A stretch of 64,000 bases of DNA, taken from an uncultured Desulfarculus sp. (GTDB lineage: Bacteria > Desulfobacterota > Desulfarculia > Desulfarculales > Desulfarculaceae). The DNA lies in the NCBI GenBank assembly GCA_963665125.2, contig CAXXUK010000001.1, positions 160,001 to 224,000 on the forward strand. The letters are read 5' to 3'. Both the position numbers and the translations under genes were made by a program. Below the pieces are notes generated by a model. That model did no database searches, was not told the DNA's origin, and saw only the letters and a list, made by a program, of their open reading frames with translations. Of the stretch, positions 47,992-57,511 are shown piece after piece (the stretch's first letter is position 1; every line of letters begins with the position of its first letter).

Positions 47992-49119
47992 TTACCTCCT
48001 GGCGATGCGTTCCATGAAAGCTTCGATCCTGGTCTTCAGGCGGCCCACGTCGGAAAACATGTGCTCCCGTTCCAAGACCATCGTGGGAATGCCCTTTTGC
48101 TCCAGTTCATCGGCCAGCATGGTGCAGTCAACCGCGTGGTTGTCGCAAAAGACGATTTTTTGCAGAATCACGCCGTCCACGTCGGCCTCGCGGGCCAGCT
48201 TTTCGGTCACCGCCTGGCGGTTTTCAAACTGATTCATCATTCGCGGACAGGGATTATTGTAGTAGTAGCGCTTGGCAATGGCCTTGAGGGGGTCGCCGTT
48301 TTCCTCCACCGGGTTGAGGAAGTAGCGCGAGCCGTAACACAGGCTGTCGGTCACCACCACGCCGCCCAACCCTTCGATGAGTTCAAGCAGCTTCGGGTCG
48401 TCCACGGCCGAGCCGCCCAGCATCAGTCTGGCGGAATAGTCGTTGTTGCCGGGTCTGGCCTCGATTTCGGCCAGGGCCTCCTCCAGGAGTTCGTTGTATT
48501 TTTCCCGGGGCATGATTCCGGCGGCCAGCATGATGCCCATGGCCTCCTTGCCGCTCACGGGCACATCCGGCCTTTTGCGCAGTTCATAGAGCCGGGCCAC
48601 CAGCTCACGGCTTTTGTTGTAGGTTTTTATGGAAGCGGCCAACTGGGTGTCGCTGCAACGCTTGGAAAAATCCGTGGCCAGCTTTTCCTTGAAAAGACCG
48701 GTTTCCTCCAGATACCACTCGAAACCGGCGTCATAGATCGAATGGGGTATGGTCACCATGTACTGATAGTCGGTGGCGGGGATGTGCTTGTCCCATATTT
48801 CATAGAGGCGGCGGATTTGCTCGCAGCCGTTGAGAAAGCAGAACCCGTCCAGAAAATCGTATTCTCCGCCAAGGCCGGCCTGGAGCATGCACCGGGCAAA
48901 GGTGCAGTTGAACCGGTGCAAGTAAACGTCGGCCAGGTCGGTCTGATCCATGCCCCGCGCCTCCATGCGGTAGGGCATGACGCCTGCGGCGTGGATGATC
49001 TCTTCCGGAGCGTAGACGCAGGAGAAACCGACGACCTTGCCCCCATCGCCGATCCATTGTTTGAGGTATTGATTTTCAGTGCGAGCCGGCAGCATCAGCA
49101 GTTCCTGCAACGCAGTCAT
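47992..49119 (-). CDS. Benzoyl-CoA reductase / 2-hydroxyacyl-CoA dehydratase family subunit (BzdN/BcrC-like)
   Basis: PEEIIHAAG, FNC, NGCE, FCD, RLKTRIEAFME. Confidence 0.88.
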   Translation of the reverse strand: MTALQELLMLPARTENQYLKQWIGDGGKVVGFSCVYAPEEIIHAAGVMPYRMEARGMDQTDLADVYLHRFNCTFARCMLQAGLGGEYDFLDGFCFLNGCEQIRRLYEIWDKHIPATDYQYMVTIPHSIYDAGFEWYLEETGLFKEKLATDFSKRCSDTQLAASIKTYNKSRELVARLYELRKRPDVPVSGKEAMGIMLAAGIMPREKYNELLEEALAEIEARPGNNDYSARLMLGGSAVDDPKLLELIEGLGGVVVTDSLCYGSRYFLNPVEENGDPLKAIAKRYYYNNPCPRMMNQFENRQAVTEKLAREADVDGVILQKIVFCDNHAVDCTMLADELEQKGIPTMVLEREHMFSDVGRLKTRIEAFMERIARR

Positions 49120-49155
49120 ATCTTGTCCTCCCTTCATGGGTTTGATTGACGGGAA

Positions 49156-50832
49156 CTATCCGGTCAGCTTGGCCATCTCCTCATCGCGCAGTTTCTTTTT
49201 GAAAAGCTTGCCCGTGACGGTCATGGGCAGTTCGTCCCTGAACTCCAGCAGCTTGGGAACCGCGTAGGCGGCAAGGCGCTGGCGGCAATGTTCGGTGATC
49301 TCGCTGCCGAGCACCTGGCCCTGGGCCTGTTTATTGAGCACCACAAAGGCCTTGACCATTTCGCTGCCCGGTTTGTCTGGGTTGGGCAGGCCGATGGTCA
49401 CGGCCTGGGCCACGGCCGGATGCTCGTAAAGCACCTCGTCCACCGTGGTGGAGTAGACCTTGTTGCCCGAGACGTTGATCATGTCCTTGTTGCGGTCCAC
49501 CAGGAAGAAATAGCCGTCCTGGTCCATGCGGCAAAGGTCGCCGGTGGCCAGCCAGCCGTCATGCAGGCCCTGTCCGGCATCGGGCCAATAGCCCTTCATG
49601 ACCTGGGGGCCCTTGATATACATCTCGCCGACTTCGCCAAAGGGCATTTCCTCGCCGGTGTCCGGCGCCACCACCTTGACCTCGGTGTCGGCCACGGGTA
49701 CCCCGATGGAACCTGCCTTCTCAAAGGGCATGAAACCGGTGATCTTGGAAAAGGCCGACAGGTTGAAGTGGGTCACCGGGCTGGTCTCCGTCAGGCCATA
49801 GGCCTCGGTGATGGGCATGCCGGTCTTCTTGCGAAACTGGCGGGCGACTTCCGGCGGCAGGGGCGCGGCACCGGAGGCGAAAGATGTATTGCTGCGGCCC
49901 AGGTCCGTTTCCAGCAGGTTCATGTACTGGGTCGGCACCAAGGGAGCCAAAAACGGGCGGTTTTTCTTGAGGTTTTCGGCAATGGAAGCGGTGTCCCGGG
50001 GATCGGGGATCAACAGCATCTGCAGGCCCCAATAAACCGCCGTGCGCACTGCCCAGTGCCCATAGGAATGGAAAAGCGGAATGGCGATGAGCAGGGATGA
50101 CTTGCCGGCAATGCCGCTTTGCAACGGGGCCATGACCCAGGGCAGGCTCTGGATGGTGTTGGCCACCAGGTTGCGGTGGGTCAGCATCACGCCTTTGGGC
50201 ATGCCCGTGGCCCCGCCGGTGAACAGCAACACGGCCAGGTCGTCGGCCGGATTTATGTCCACCGGCCGTGGCCCCGCCTTGGCCTGCTCCAGCAAACTGG
50301 TAAGCCACATCACGCCGTTGGGGCCGCAGCCAGGCTGCTCCGGTGAAAAATCCTTGATGGACGTGGCTATTATGTTTTCCAGGGAGGTTTCCTTGCCGAC
50401 CTCGTGAACCAGATTCAAAGCCTTGTCCAGGCAGATCACCGTGCGTGCGCCGGACTCGCCGATCTCCCACACCAGATCGCGTTGAGCGTGCAACAGGCTG
50501 CAAGGCACGTGGGCCGCGCCGCATTTCTGGATGGCGAAATCAGCGATCACATACTGGGGAGACGTGGGCAGTATCGAGGCCACCCTGTCGCCTTTTTTTA
50601 CGCCGAGGCTTTGCAACGCGGTTGCCAGGCGGTCGATCAATCCGCCCAGGTCGGTCCAGGTGATCTTGCCGCCCAGATACGACATTGCCGGGCGTGAGCC
50701 GTACTTGCGTACGGTTTCATCGAGAAAATGGTACAGGGGGACATCGGGGTACGGCCCCATGGTATGGGCCACCTTGAAGGGCCCCAGCTTGTAGCTCTCC
50801 AGCCACGGTTTTTGGCCATAGTCGCTCATCAT
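49156..50832 (-). CDS. Long-chain acyl-CoA synthetase (FadD-like)
   Basis: FTGGATGMPKG, YGLTETSP, WLATGD, TVTGK. Confidence 0.93.
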   Translation of the reverse strand: MMSDYGQKPWLESYKLGPFKVAHTMGPYPDVPLYHFLDETVRKYGSRPAMSYLGGKITWTDLGGLIDRLATALQSLGVKKGDRVASILPTSPQYVIADFAIQKCGAAHVPCSLLHAQRDLVWEIGESGARTVICLDKALNLVHEVGKETSLENIIATSIKDFSPEQPGCGPNGVMWLTSLLEQAKAGPRPVDINPADDLAVLLFTGGATGMPKGVMLTHRNLVANTIQSLPWVMAPLQSGIAGKSSLLIAIPLFHSYGHWAVRTAVYWGLQMLLIPDPRDTASIAENLKKNRPFLAPLVPTQYMNLLETDLGRSNTSFASGAAPLPPEVARQFRKKTGMPITEAYGLTETSPVTHFNLSAFSKITGFMPFEKAGSIGVPVADTEVKVVAPDTGEEMPFGEVGEMYIKGPQVMKGYWPDAGQGLHDGWLATGDLCRMDQDGYFFLVDRNKDMINVSGNKVYSTTVDEVLYEHPAVAQAVTIGLPNPDKPGSEMVKAFVVLNKQAQGQVLGSEITEHCRQRLAAYAVPKLLEFRDELPMTVTGKLFKKKLRDEEMAKLTG

Positions 50833-52688
50833 CGCACCTCCGGCGGCAAATGCAGTTCACCTTCCATTTTCAGTTCAGCCAATTTGCCGGGCGTCGGAAT
50901 GCCGTTTTGGTCCCAGCCCCGGTATTCGTAATAGGCGTCCAACAGCGGCTCCAGGGACACGGTGAGACCGGCGGCCGGGCCGTCGGGCAGGGGCTCGTCC
51001 AGCAGGCGCCGGGGCAGGTTGTCGTCGGAGCGGGTTGCCCCTTCCCGGACGTTGAAGCAGCGGGCCAAATTGACCACCCTCTCGCCGACCTGGCGGAATT
51101 CATCGATATCAAAGTCATCCCAACCGGTGCAGGAGGCTATGATGGGCACGACATCCTCGGCCATCAGGGCCATGCCCATGAACTTGCAGGCTCCCACGGA
51201 GTCGAACACGGTAAGGGCGTCTTCCATGTCCTTAACGACCTTTGCCTCCCTGGGGTTCTCCACAAGGGGATCTTCGATGACACTTTCCTCGACAATCAAA
51301 AACGGCATATCCATGAACGTGGGCCCCTGGACATAGGCGGTGATGTGGTCGCCGCCGCGGTTGGCCGTGGCGAAACCCAGGCCGGTGATCTTGGTGGCCC
51401 GGCAATCGTAGGCGGGTAGTTCCATGCCCTTGACCTGCATGGCAAAGGTCTCGGAGCCCTGGCCGATTGCCTGGGCGGCCCTGCGGGACCCCTCGGCCAG
51501 CAGATCTCCCAATCCCCGGCGGACGGCGATGTCCTCTACCATCTGCAACATTCCGTCGGCGTCGCCGAACTCCAGCCGTTTGCCGTTGTTGGCCTGTTCA
51601 TCTATGTAACCGCGCTGAAAGCACTCCATGGCAAAGGCGATGGTGCTGCCGCAACTGACCGTATCGACACCCAGCTCATTGCAACGGATATGGGCCTTGG
51701 TTATGGCCTCCAGGCTGTCCACATCGCACATGGGGCCGAAGGCGCCGACGCTCTCGTATTCCGGCCCCTCGCCCTTGCAGGCGTATTTGCCCTTGACCTC
51801 CGTCAGGCGCCCGCAGGCTATGGGGCAGGAAAAGCAGGCCTTGCGGCCGGTGAGAATCTTTTCATTGATGGCCGGTCCGTTGATTTCCTCGGTGTAGCCG
51901 CAGGATCCGGACTGCCAATTGCGGGTCGGCAGCCCGCCCTTGACGTTGACCATGTCCATGACCATGGTGGTTCCATAAACCTCCAGGGTCATCTTCAACA
52001 GCGACTCGGCCACGAAATCCGAAGCCTGTTTCGCCGCCTCCTTGAAGGCCTCCTTTTGGGCCACCGGTATCTTGCGGCTGCCCTTGCAGATGATGGCCTT
52101 GAGGTTCTTGCTGCCCATCACCGCGCCCAGCCCGCAACGGCCAAGGGCCCGGTGCACGTCGTTCATGATCGCCGAGTAGCGCACCAGGTTCTCGCCGGCC
52201 GGGCCGATGCACGACACGTTGAACTTGGGATGGCGTTTTTTGAGGACCTTGGTGGTCTGGCCGACCTCCATGCCCCACAGGTCTTCGGCCTGCAACAAGG
52301 CCACCTCGTCATCCTCGATAAGCAGATAGACCGGCTGGCTGGCCATGCCCTCAATGATTACGCCGTCAAGGCCCGTCTTCTTGAGGTCCAGGCCAAACCG
52401 GCCTCCGGAGTTGGCCGAGCCCCACAACCCGGTCAAAGGCGATTTGGCCACGGCGCTGAAGCGGCCGGAACTGGGCGACAGGGTCCCGGTGAGGGGACCG
52501 GTCATGTAGATAAGCTTGTTGTGCGGCCCAAGGGGATCGGCCCCGACAGGCACCTCGTCCATGAGTATTTTGGTGGCCAGGCCATTGCCGCCCAGGTACA
52601 GGCGGGCCAAGTCCATGGGGGTGTCCTCACGCCGAGAGCTGCCGTCGCTGAGGTTGACCCTAAGGATTTTTCCCATGAATCCAGACAT
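50829..52688 (-). CDS. aor: Aldehyde:ferredoxin oxidoreductase (W/Mo-bis-pyranopterin AOR family)
   Basis: KSPLTG, GRCGLGAVMGSKNLKA, CFSCPIACG, GPEYES, YYEYRGWD. Confidence 0.93.
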   Translation of the reverse strand: MSGFMGKILRVNLSDGSSRREDTPMDLARLYLGGNGLATKILMDEVPVGADPLGPHNKLIYMTGPLTGTLSPSSGRFSAVAKSPLTGLWGSANSGGRFGLDLKKTGLDGVIIEGMASQPVYLLIEDDEVALLQAEDLWGMEVGQTTKVLKKRHPKFNVSCIGPAGENLVRYSAIMNDVHRALGRCGLGAVMGSKNLKAIICKGSRKIPVAQKEAFKEAAKQASDFVAESLLKMTLEVYGTTMVMDMVNVKGGLPTRNWQSGSCGYTEEINGPAINEKILTGRKACFSCPIACGRLTEVKGKYACKGEGPEYESVGAFGPMCDVDSLEAITKAHIRCNELGVDTVSCGSTIAFAMECFQRGYIDEQANNGKRLEFGDADGMLQMVEDIAVRRGLGDLLAEGSRRAAQAIGQGSETFAMQVKGMELPAYDCRATKITGLGFATANRGGDHITAYVQGPTFMDMPFLIVEESVIEDPLVENPREAKVVKDMEDALTVFDSVGACKFMGMALMAEDVVPIIASCTGWDDFDIDEFRQVGERVVNLARCFNVREGATRSDDNLPRRLLDEPLPDGPAAGLTVSLEPLLDAYYEYRGWDQNGIPTPGKLAELKMEGELHLPPEVR

Positions 52689-52701
52689 CCGATTAATCCT
52701 T

Positions 52702-53076
52702 TCAACTGGTCTCGCGGCTGATCAGGGTCTTGGCCATTGTCAACAGCTTGAACAGGTTGCCGCCGGCTTTAACCTTGCCGGTCAAAACGGCCTTTATTGG
52801 TTTGGTCTGACCGCTGATGACTTGGGAAAGCCCCTCGAAATCGCCGCGAAGGGTTGCCGTCGGCCTTGGTTGGGCCCCGTTTTGGATGCTGACGCCCCGC
52901 TGGCCGTACACCAGCGTCACCGAAACATCGGATTCGCTTTCGGTAACCACCAATGAACCGCGCAGTTTGGCCGCGATCTTGCGGACGTCTTCCAGGGCAA
53001 GGTTCTGGTCCATCAGGGATTTGATGGTCCAACCCAAGCCGTTCAGGTCTTGGTCGAGTACGGCTACTTCAAACAA
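52702..53076 (-). CDS. SCP2 sterol/lipid-binding domain protein
   Basis: PIKAVLTGKVKAGGN SCP2 signature. Confidence 0.7.
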   Translation of the reverse strand: MFEVAVLDQDLNGLGWTIKSLMDQNLALEDVRKIAAKLRGSLVVTESESDVSVTLVYGQRGVSIQNGAQPRPTATLRGDFEGLSQVISGQTKPIKAVLTGKVKAGGNLFKLLTMAKTLISRETS

Positions 53077-53087
53077 AGCTCACCCCT

Positions 53088-54395
53088 TTACAGTTCGTGG
53101 AGATATCCCTTGCCCAAAATACTGACCCCGGCGCCCATGCTTTTGAGGAAGGTCGAGCGCAGGGCGTCGCTCATCAGTGCCTTCTTCACCGGGCTAAGCT
53201 TCAAGAAGCCGCCGACCAGGGGCCGCATGATCTTGTGGGTCAGGCTCTGTGGGTCGTCGAAAAGCTGATTTTGCAGGGTGTCCCGCTCGAGGCACTGCAG
53301 TATCACCCGCTGGAAAGTGGTCTCCGGGTGAATCACCCGCTTGGAGCGGTTGTCCAGCTTGAGTGCGCCCGAGGGGCATTTGAGCGAACATACGCCGCAG
53401 CCAAGGCAGATCGAGTGGTCCACTTTGGCCAACTTTTGCGGTTTGCCGTTGGCCTTCACCCCGGCGTCTTGAAGCTCTATGGCGTTGATGGGACAAGCGC
53501 TTACGCACTTGCCGCAGCCATTGCATGTTTCGCTGTCCACCTGGGCGATGAATGAAGACGTGACCAAGGCGTTGGGCAGGCCGTGCACATTGATGCCGTC
53601 CATTATGCCGCAGCAACATCCGCAGCAATGGCAAATGAACATGAGCCGCTTTTGCACGTTGTCGGCGCTGAAAACCAGGCCCAGGTCCCGGGATCTTTGC
53701 AGGATGTCGATCATCTCCGCCTTGTCTATCTCCCGGCCCAACCCGTTGCGGATTATGTAGTCAGCGCCGTGGCCCAAGGTGGTGCAGGTCTCCAGGGGCA
53801 CATCGCAGCGGCCTCCGGTGGAGTGCTCTTTTTTGTGGCGGCAGGAACAAAGGCCAACGGAGTATTTCGTGGCCTCGTCCACCAGATAGCCGACCTTTTC
53901 GTAATCCAGAATCTCCACATGATCGCCCAGGGCCTCCGGGTGGGGCACGGCCCTGGCAATGGAAGTCTGGGTGCCTTCGGCAAAGTTGCTGCGGTACGGA
54001 GAGCCCTCGTGCATGTATTCATGGAACAGATCAGCCCACTGTTTGACGTTCAGTTGGCCTCTGGTGCGCATCATGGTGAACTCGAATACGCCCACGAACA
54101 GGGGGCTGGGCATGTAGCGGTATTGGCCGTCCAGCCAGATGTCCATGACCAGGCCTTTTTCGCACATGCCCTTGAGCAGCGGCTCAAGCTCCTTGGCGCT
54201 GATTTTGGTGATGCGCACCACCCTGTCCAGGTTTGAAAACAGGTACGGCATCTTCACGAAAACGTCGGCTTCCGCCTCGCTGAACAGGTCCTTGAGAACG
54301 AGATGCATTGTTTGGTTGTAGGGCGATTTCACATGCAGGTTGTCTAGCTTGTTACCCAGCTCACCGTAAACGTCTTTTCCAACCATATGGCCCAT
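53088..54395 (-). CDS. Multi-Fe-S protein (Cys-rich domain plus 2x[4Fe-4S] ferredoxin domain)
   Basis: CSCR, ICHCCGCCC, CNGCGKCVSACP, CLGCGVCSLKCP. Confidence 0.88.
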   Translation of the reverse strand: MGHMVGKDVYGELGNKLDNLHVKSPYNQTMHLVLKDLFSEAEADVFVKMPYLFSNLDRVVRITKISAKELEPLLKGMCEKGLVMDIWLDGQYRYMPSPLFVGVFEFTMMRTRGQLNVKQWADLFHEYMHEGSPYRSNFAEGTQTSIARAVPHPEALGDHVEILDYEKVGYLVDEATKYSVGLCSCRHKKEHSTGGRCDVPLETCTTLGHGADYIIRNGLGREIDKAEMIDILQRSRDLGLVFSADNVQKRLMFICHCCGCCCGIMDGINVHGLPNALVTSSFIAQVDSETCNGCGKCVSACPINAIELQDAGVKANGKPQKLAKVDHSICLGCGVCSLKCPSGALKLDNRSKRVIHPETTFQRVILQCLERDTLQNQLFDDPQSLTHKIMRPLVGGFLKLSPVKKALMSDALRSTFLKSMGAGVSILGKGYLHEL

Positions 54396-54424
54396 GGCAA
54401 CTCCCTTGGATCAAAAGGGCATGA

Positions 54425-54463
54425 CGATGCGGGCGGCGTCCGCAGGAGCCGCCGCCCGCATCG
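54425..54463. other. Strong intra-operon hairpin
   Basis: 14-bp perfect inverted repeat CGATGCGGGCGGCG / CGCCGCCCGCATCG. Confidence 0.65.
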
Positions 54464-54465
54464 CC

Positions 54466-54888
54466 TTATTCGCCCAGGTACTCGTTTTCAAAGGAGCTGA
54501 TCGAGTTGGCCACGGCGCGGATGAACTTGGCGTTGCGCATGATCTTGGACATGTCGCCTTTGAGCTTGAGTTGGCCCTTCACCACTGCCTCGATGAAATC
54601 CAGCTCGCCCTTGACCACTGGCTTGAACACCCCGTAACCGCCCTCCACCAGAAAGCCGTAGTCGGCCTGGGACGGATCTGCGATGATCTCGGCGCCGGTG
54701 CACTTGCCGGCCTTTGCCTGCAGATACACGTATGTCTTTTGTTCCAGGCCGTCGCCGGGCTGGAGTTCGAAGACAAAGTTGCCGTTGAAATCAACGCCCC
54801 AGTTTTTACCGGCCTGCTCCACGGCGGTGTCTTCGTTGAGGGCGTTTTTCCAGAAGTCACACCATTCTTGCGAGGGATAAAGAGCCAC
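54466..54888 (-). CDS. SCP2 sterol/lipid-binding domain protein
   Basis: GELDFIEAVVKGQLKLKGDMSKIMR. Confidence 0.85.
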   Translation of the reverse strand: MALYPSQEWCDFWKNALNEDTAVEQAGKNWGVDFNGNFVFELQPGDGLEQKTYVYLQAKAGKCTGAEIIADPSQADYGFLVEGGYGVFKPVVKGELDFIEAVVKGQLKLKGDMSKIMRNAKFIRAVANSISSFENEYLGE

Positions 54889-54934
54889 GGTTCACCTCCC
54901 ATTAGATTGTGGGTATATGTTTGACGTTTGTTTC

Positions 54935-55095
54935 CTAACTGGTTGGTGGAAAAGGTCGTCCTGACCTTTTTCACCGGTTACTTGGCAAAAGCGTGGTTTT
55001 GCCAAGTAACTCAATTTGCTTGTTTTTTCAAAACTGCGCAAACTGCCGGGCCCTCCTTGGCCCGCCTAGCAGGCTGTTTTTTCAACAGCCTGCTA
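54935..55095. repeat. Structured intergenic repeat (MITE/REP-like), copy 2
   Basis: Same hairpin series as copy 1, plus terminal palindrome TAGCAGGCTGTT-TTTTC-AACAGCCTGCTA. Confidence 0.8.
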
Positions 55096-56352
55096 AAGCG
55101 TTTGGATATCAAACCAATAGCGGGCGTTCTCAATGGTTTTCAGGCCCTTGCCGCCCATCCACAGGCCAATGACCTTTTGGTCCCGCCAGTGTTTTTCCAG
55201 ATCGAATTCCCGGGAATAGCCATATGAGCCCATGAAATCCATGGCCCGGCTGCAGGTCCGCTCCACGGCGTTGCTGGCGTACAGGGCAAGGCCGCGGGTT
55301 TTCAGGGCCATTCTTTCGTCCCAGGGCTGAATACCGTAGATGTCGGGATTGTCCATTTGCCGGGCATAGGCCCACATCATTGCCGAGGTGGTTTCGATGT
55401 TCACGGCCACCTCGCACAGCATGTCCGCAACGATGCTGTGTTCTTTGAGAGGCTTGCCCGCGATGACCCTTTCGGTGGTCCACCTTTTGATGATCTCGTA
55501 GGTGGCCTTCATGATCCCCACGCACATACCCGCTGACGCCACGTTGCCCATGGAAATGGTGCATTTCCAGTAATTGAAATCCTCGCCCGCCGGGTGGGCC
55601 CGGTAGTGTTTGGGCACGCGCACGTTTTCGAACCAGATGTCGGTGTTCATGTCGGCGCTCATGCCGCATTTCTGGTACGGCCCGCCGACTGAAACGCCTT
55701 CGGCGTCGGCGGGCACGTAGATCAAGGCGAAATCCTTGGGATCGGTGGAGCCCTTGTTGGTGGTGCAGACAACGGCGAAAAGATCGGCCACCTTACCGGA
55801 GTTGGTGGGCCACAGCTTGTGCCCGTTGATCACCCATTCATCGCCGTCGAGCTTGGCCGTGGTGGCTATGGTCTTGCCCTTCATGCGGCCCATGTTCTCC
55901 ACATCCGCGCCGCTGGCCGGTTCGGTCATGGCGTGACAGCCCACATAAAGCTCTTCGCCGCAGAACTTCGGGCCGAACTCTTCACAAAGCTCCATGTTGC
56001 GGTGGGGCTTGAGAATTATCGGCATCATCCCCCAAATGGAGCACAGGGCCGCCGTGGCAAAGCCGGAGTCGATGCGGGACAGTTCCTCGGCCAGTACGCA
56101 GCAGAGGCTGGCCGGATCGGGCATTTCAGTGCCGCCGACTTCGTGGGGGAACAAGGCCGCGCTGATGCCGAGATCAACCAGGACCTCCTTGAGCAAAGGC
56201 TCAACAAGCTTGTGCTCTTGCCAGTCCTCATCAACCTGCTGGCGGATGGGCACATAGTTTTCATCGCCCCAGCGGCGCAGCACCTTGCCAACATCGGTGA
56301 TGAAATCGGAAACCCACTCAATGGGCCGAATGAAGTCGTCGATACCCGGCAT
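55093..56352 (-). CDS. Acyl-CoA dehydrogenase family protein
   Basis: AMTEPASGAD, WVINGHKLWPTN, FENVRVP, MGSYGYSRE; likely start ATG 56352. Confidence 0.92.
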   Translation of the reverse strand: MPGIDDFIRPIEWVSDFITDVGKVLRRWGDENYVPIRQQVDEDWQEHKLVEPLLKEVLVDLGISAALFPHEVGGTEMPDPASLCCVLAEELSRIDSGFATAALCSIWGMMPIILKPHRNMELCEEFGPKFCGEELYVGCHAMTEPASGADVENMGRMKGKTIATTAKLDGDEWVINGHKLWPTNSGKVADLFAVVCTTNKGSTDPKDFALIYVPADAEGVSVGGPYQKCGMSADMNTDIWFENVRVPKHYRAHPAGEDFNYWKCTISMGNVASAGMCVGIMKATYEIIKRWTTERVIAGKPLKEHSIVADMLCEVAVNIETTSAMMWAYARQMDNPDIYGIQPWDERMALKTRGLALYASNAVERTCSRAMDFMGSYGYSREFDLEKHWRDQKVIGLWMGGKGLKTIENARYWFDIQTL

Positions 56353-56786
56353 TCTAATTCCTCCCTGGCAACCAACAGGTTGTTGTGCTTGGCGGGGCTT
56401 GGGCCCCATCGACGCCGGTTTCTCTTCGGCGCCGGTTTCACATGATCACTATGAAAACAAAGTTCACCATTCCGGGTAAATCAGGTGAACCGTGTAGTTT
56501 TTTTCTTAAAAACCTGCAATTCATTGTTTGCATATGGTGTTTATGGGGACTGTTGCGGACGCGCCGAAGAAAAAGGAACAAATGGTTTATAATAAATAAT
56601 TTTCACATCTTGGCAGTAAGAGCCTTTTCCTTGAGCATAGTTCGCCATGGGTTGACTGGGTGTGCAGGGCTGCGAGATCAGATGAACTACATATTCTCAC
56701 TCATTGATTTACGGAATCGGCAAAAGCTATAGTAAACACTGTTCGGACATAGGCCAGAAAAAGTCGCGCACCTGAAGGAGCGACCC

Positions 56787-57443
56787 ATGGACGGCAAAAA
56801 AACAATCCTGATCGTTGAAGATCACACCATCGTCAGAGAGGGCCTGAAGGCGCTACTTGAGATGGACCCGGACCTGGAAGTTACGGGTGAGGCGGAAGAC
56901 GGTCACCAAGCGGTGAAATTGGCCATAAAGCTGGAGCCGGACCTGATCCTCATGGATTTGGCAATGCCGCGCATGCACGGCCTGCAGGCAGTGCGGGAGA
57001 TTAGTAAACGTTCCCAGCACAGCCGCATCCTGGTCCTGACCGTGCACAAGGACGAGGAATATATCCTGGCCAGTTTCAAGGCCGGAGCCCAGGGTTATGT
57101 GCTCAAGGACGCCACCCACGCCGAACTGAAGATGGCCATCAAGACCGTACTGTCCGGCAAGCGTTATGTCACCCCGGATATCTCGGATCTGATCATCGAC
57201 GGATTCGTGGAAGGACGCAGGCAGGAACTACCGTCATCGGCCTGGGAGAGCCTGACCCCTAGGGAGCAGGAGATTCTCAAACTGGTGGCGGAGGGCAACC
57301 GCAACCGGCAAATTGCCAATCTCTTGTGCATAAGCCCCAAGACGGTGGAGCGTCATCGCGCCAATTTGATGAAAAAACTCAATATCCACAACGCCACGGC
57401 CCTTACGGCCATGGCCATTGATAAGGGCCTGGTTTCCATCTGA
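56787..57443 (+). CDS. NarL/LuxR-family response regulator
   Basis: REC domain (LILMDLAMP) plus LTPREQEILKL...SPKTVERHR HTH. Confidence 0.95.
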   Translation: MDGKKTILIVEDHTIVREGLKALLEMDPDLEVTGEAEDGHQAVKLAIKLEPDLILMDLAMPRMHGLQAVREISKRSQHSRILVLTVHKDEEYILASFKAGAQGYVLKDATHAELKMAIKTVLSGKRYVTPDISDLIIDGFVEGRRQELPSSAWESLTPREQEILKLVAEGNRNRQIANLLCISPKTVERHRANLMKKLNIHNATALTAMAIDKGLVSI

Positions 57444-57511
57444 CGATCTGTTGAAAAATCACCCAAGGCGGGCTGGGACGGCGTTTGCAACACCTGCATG
57501 AGCCTGTCTGC

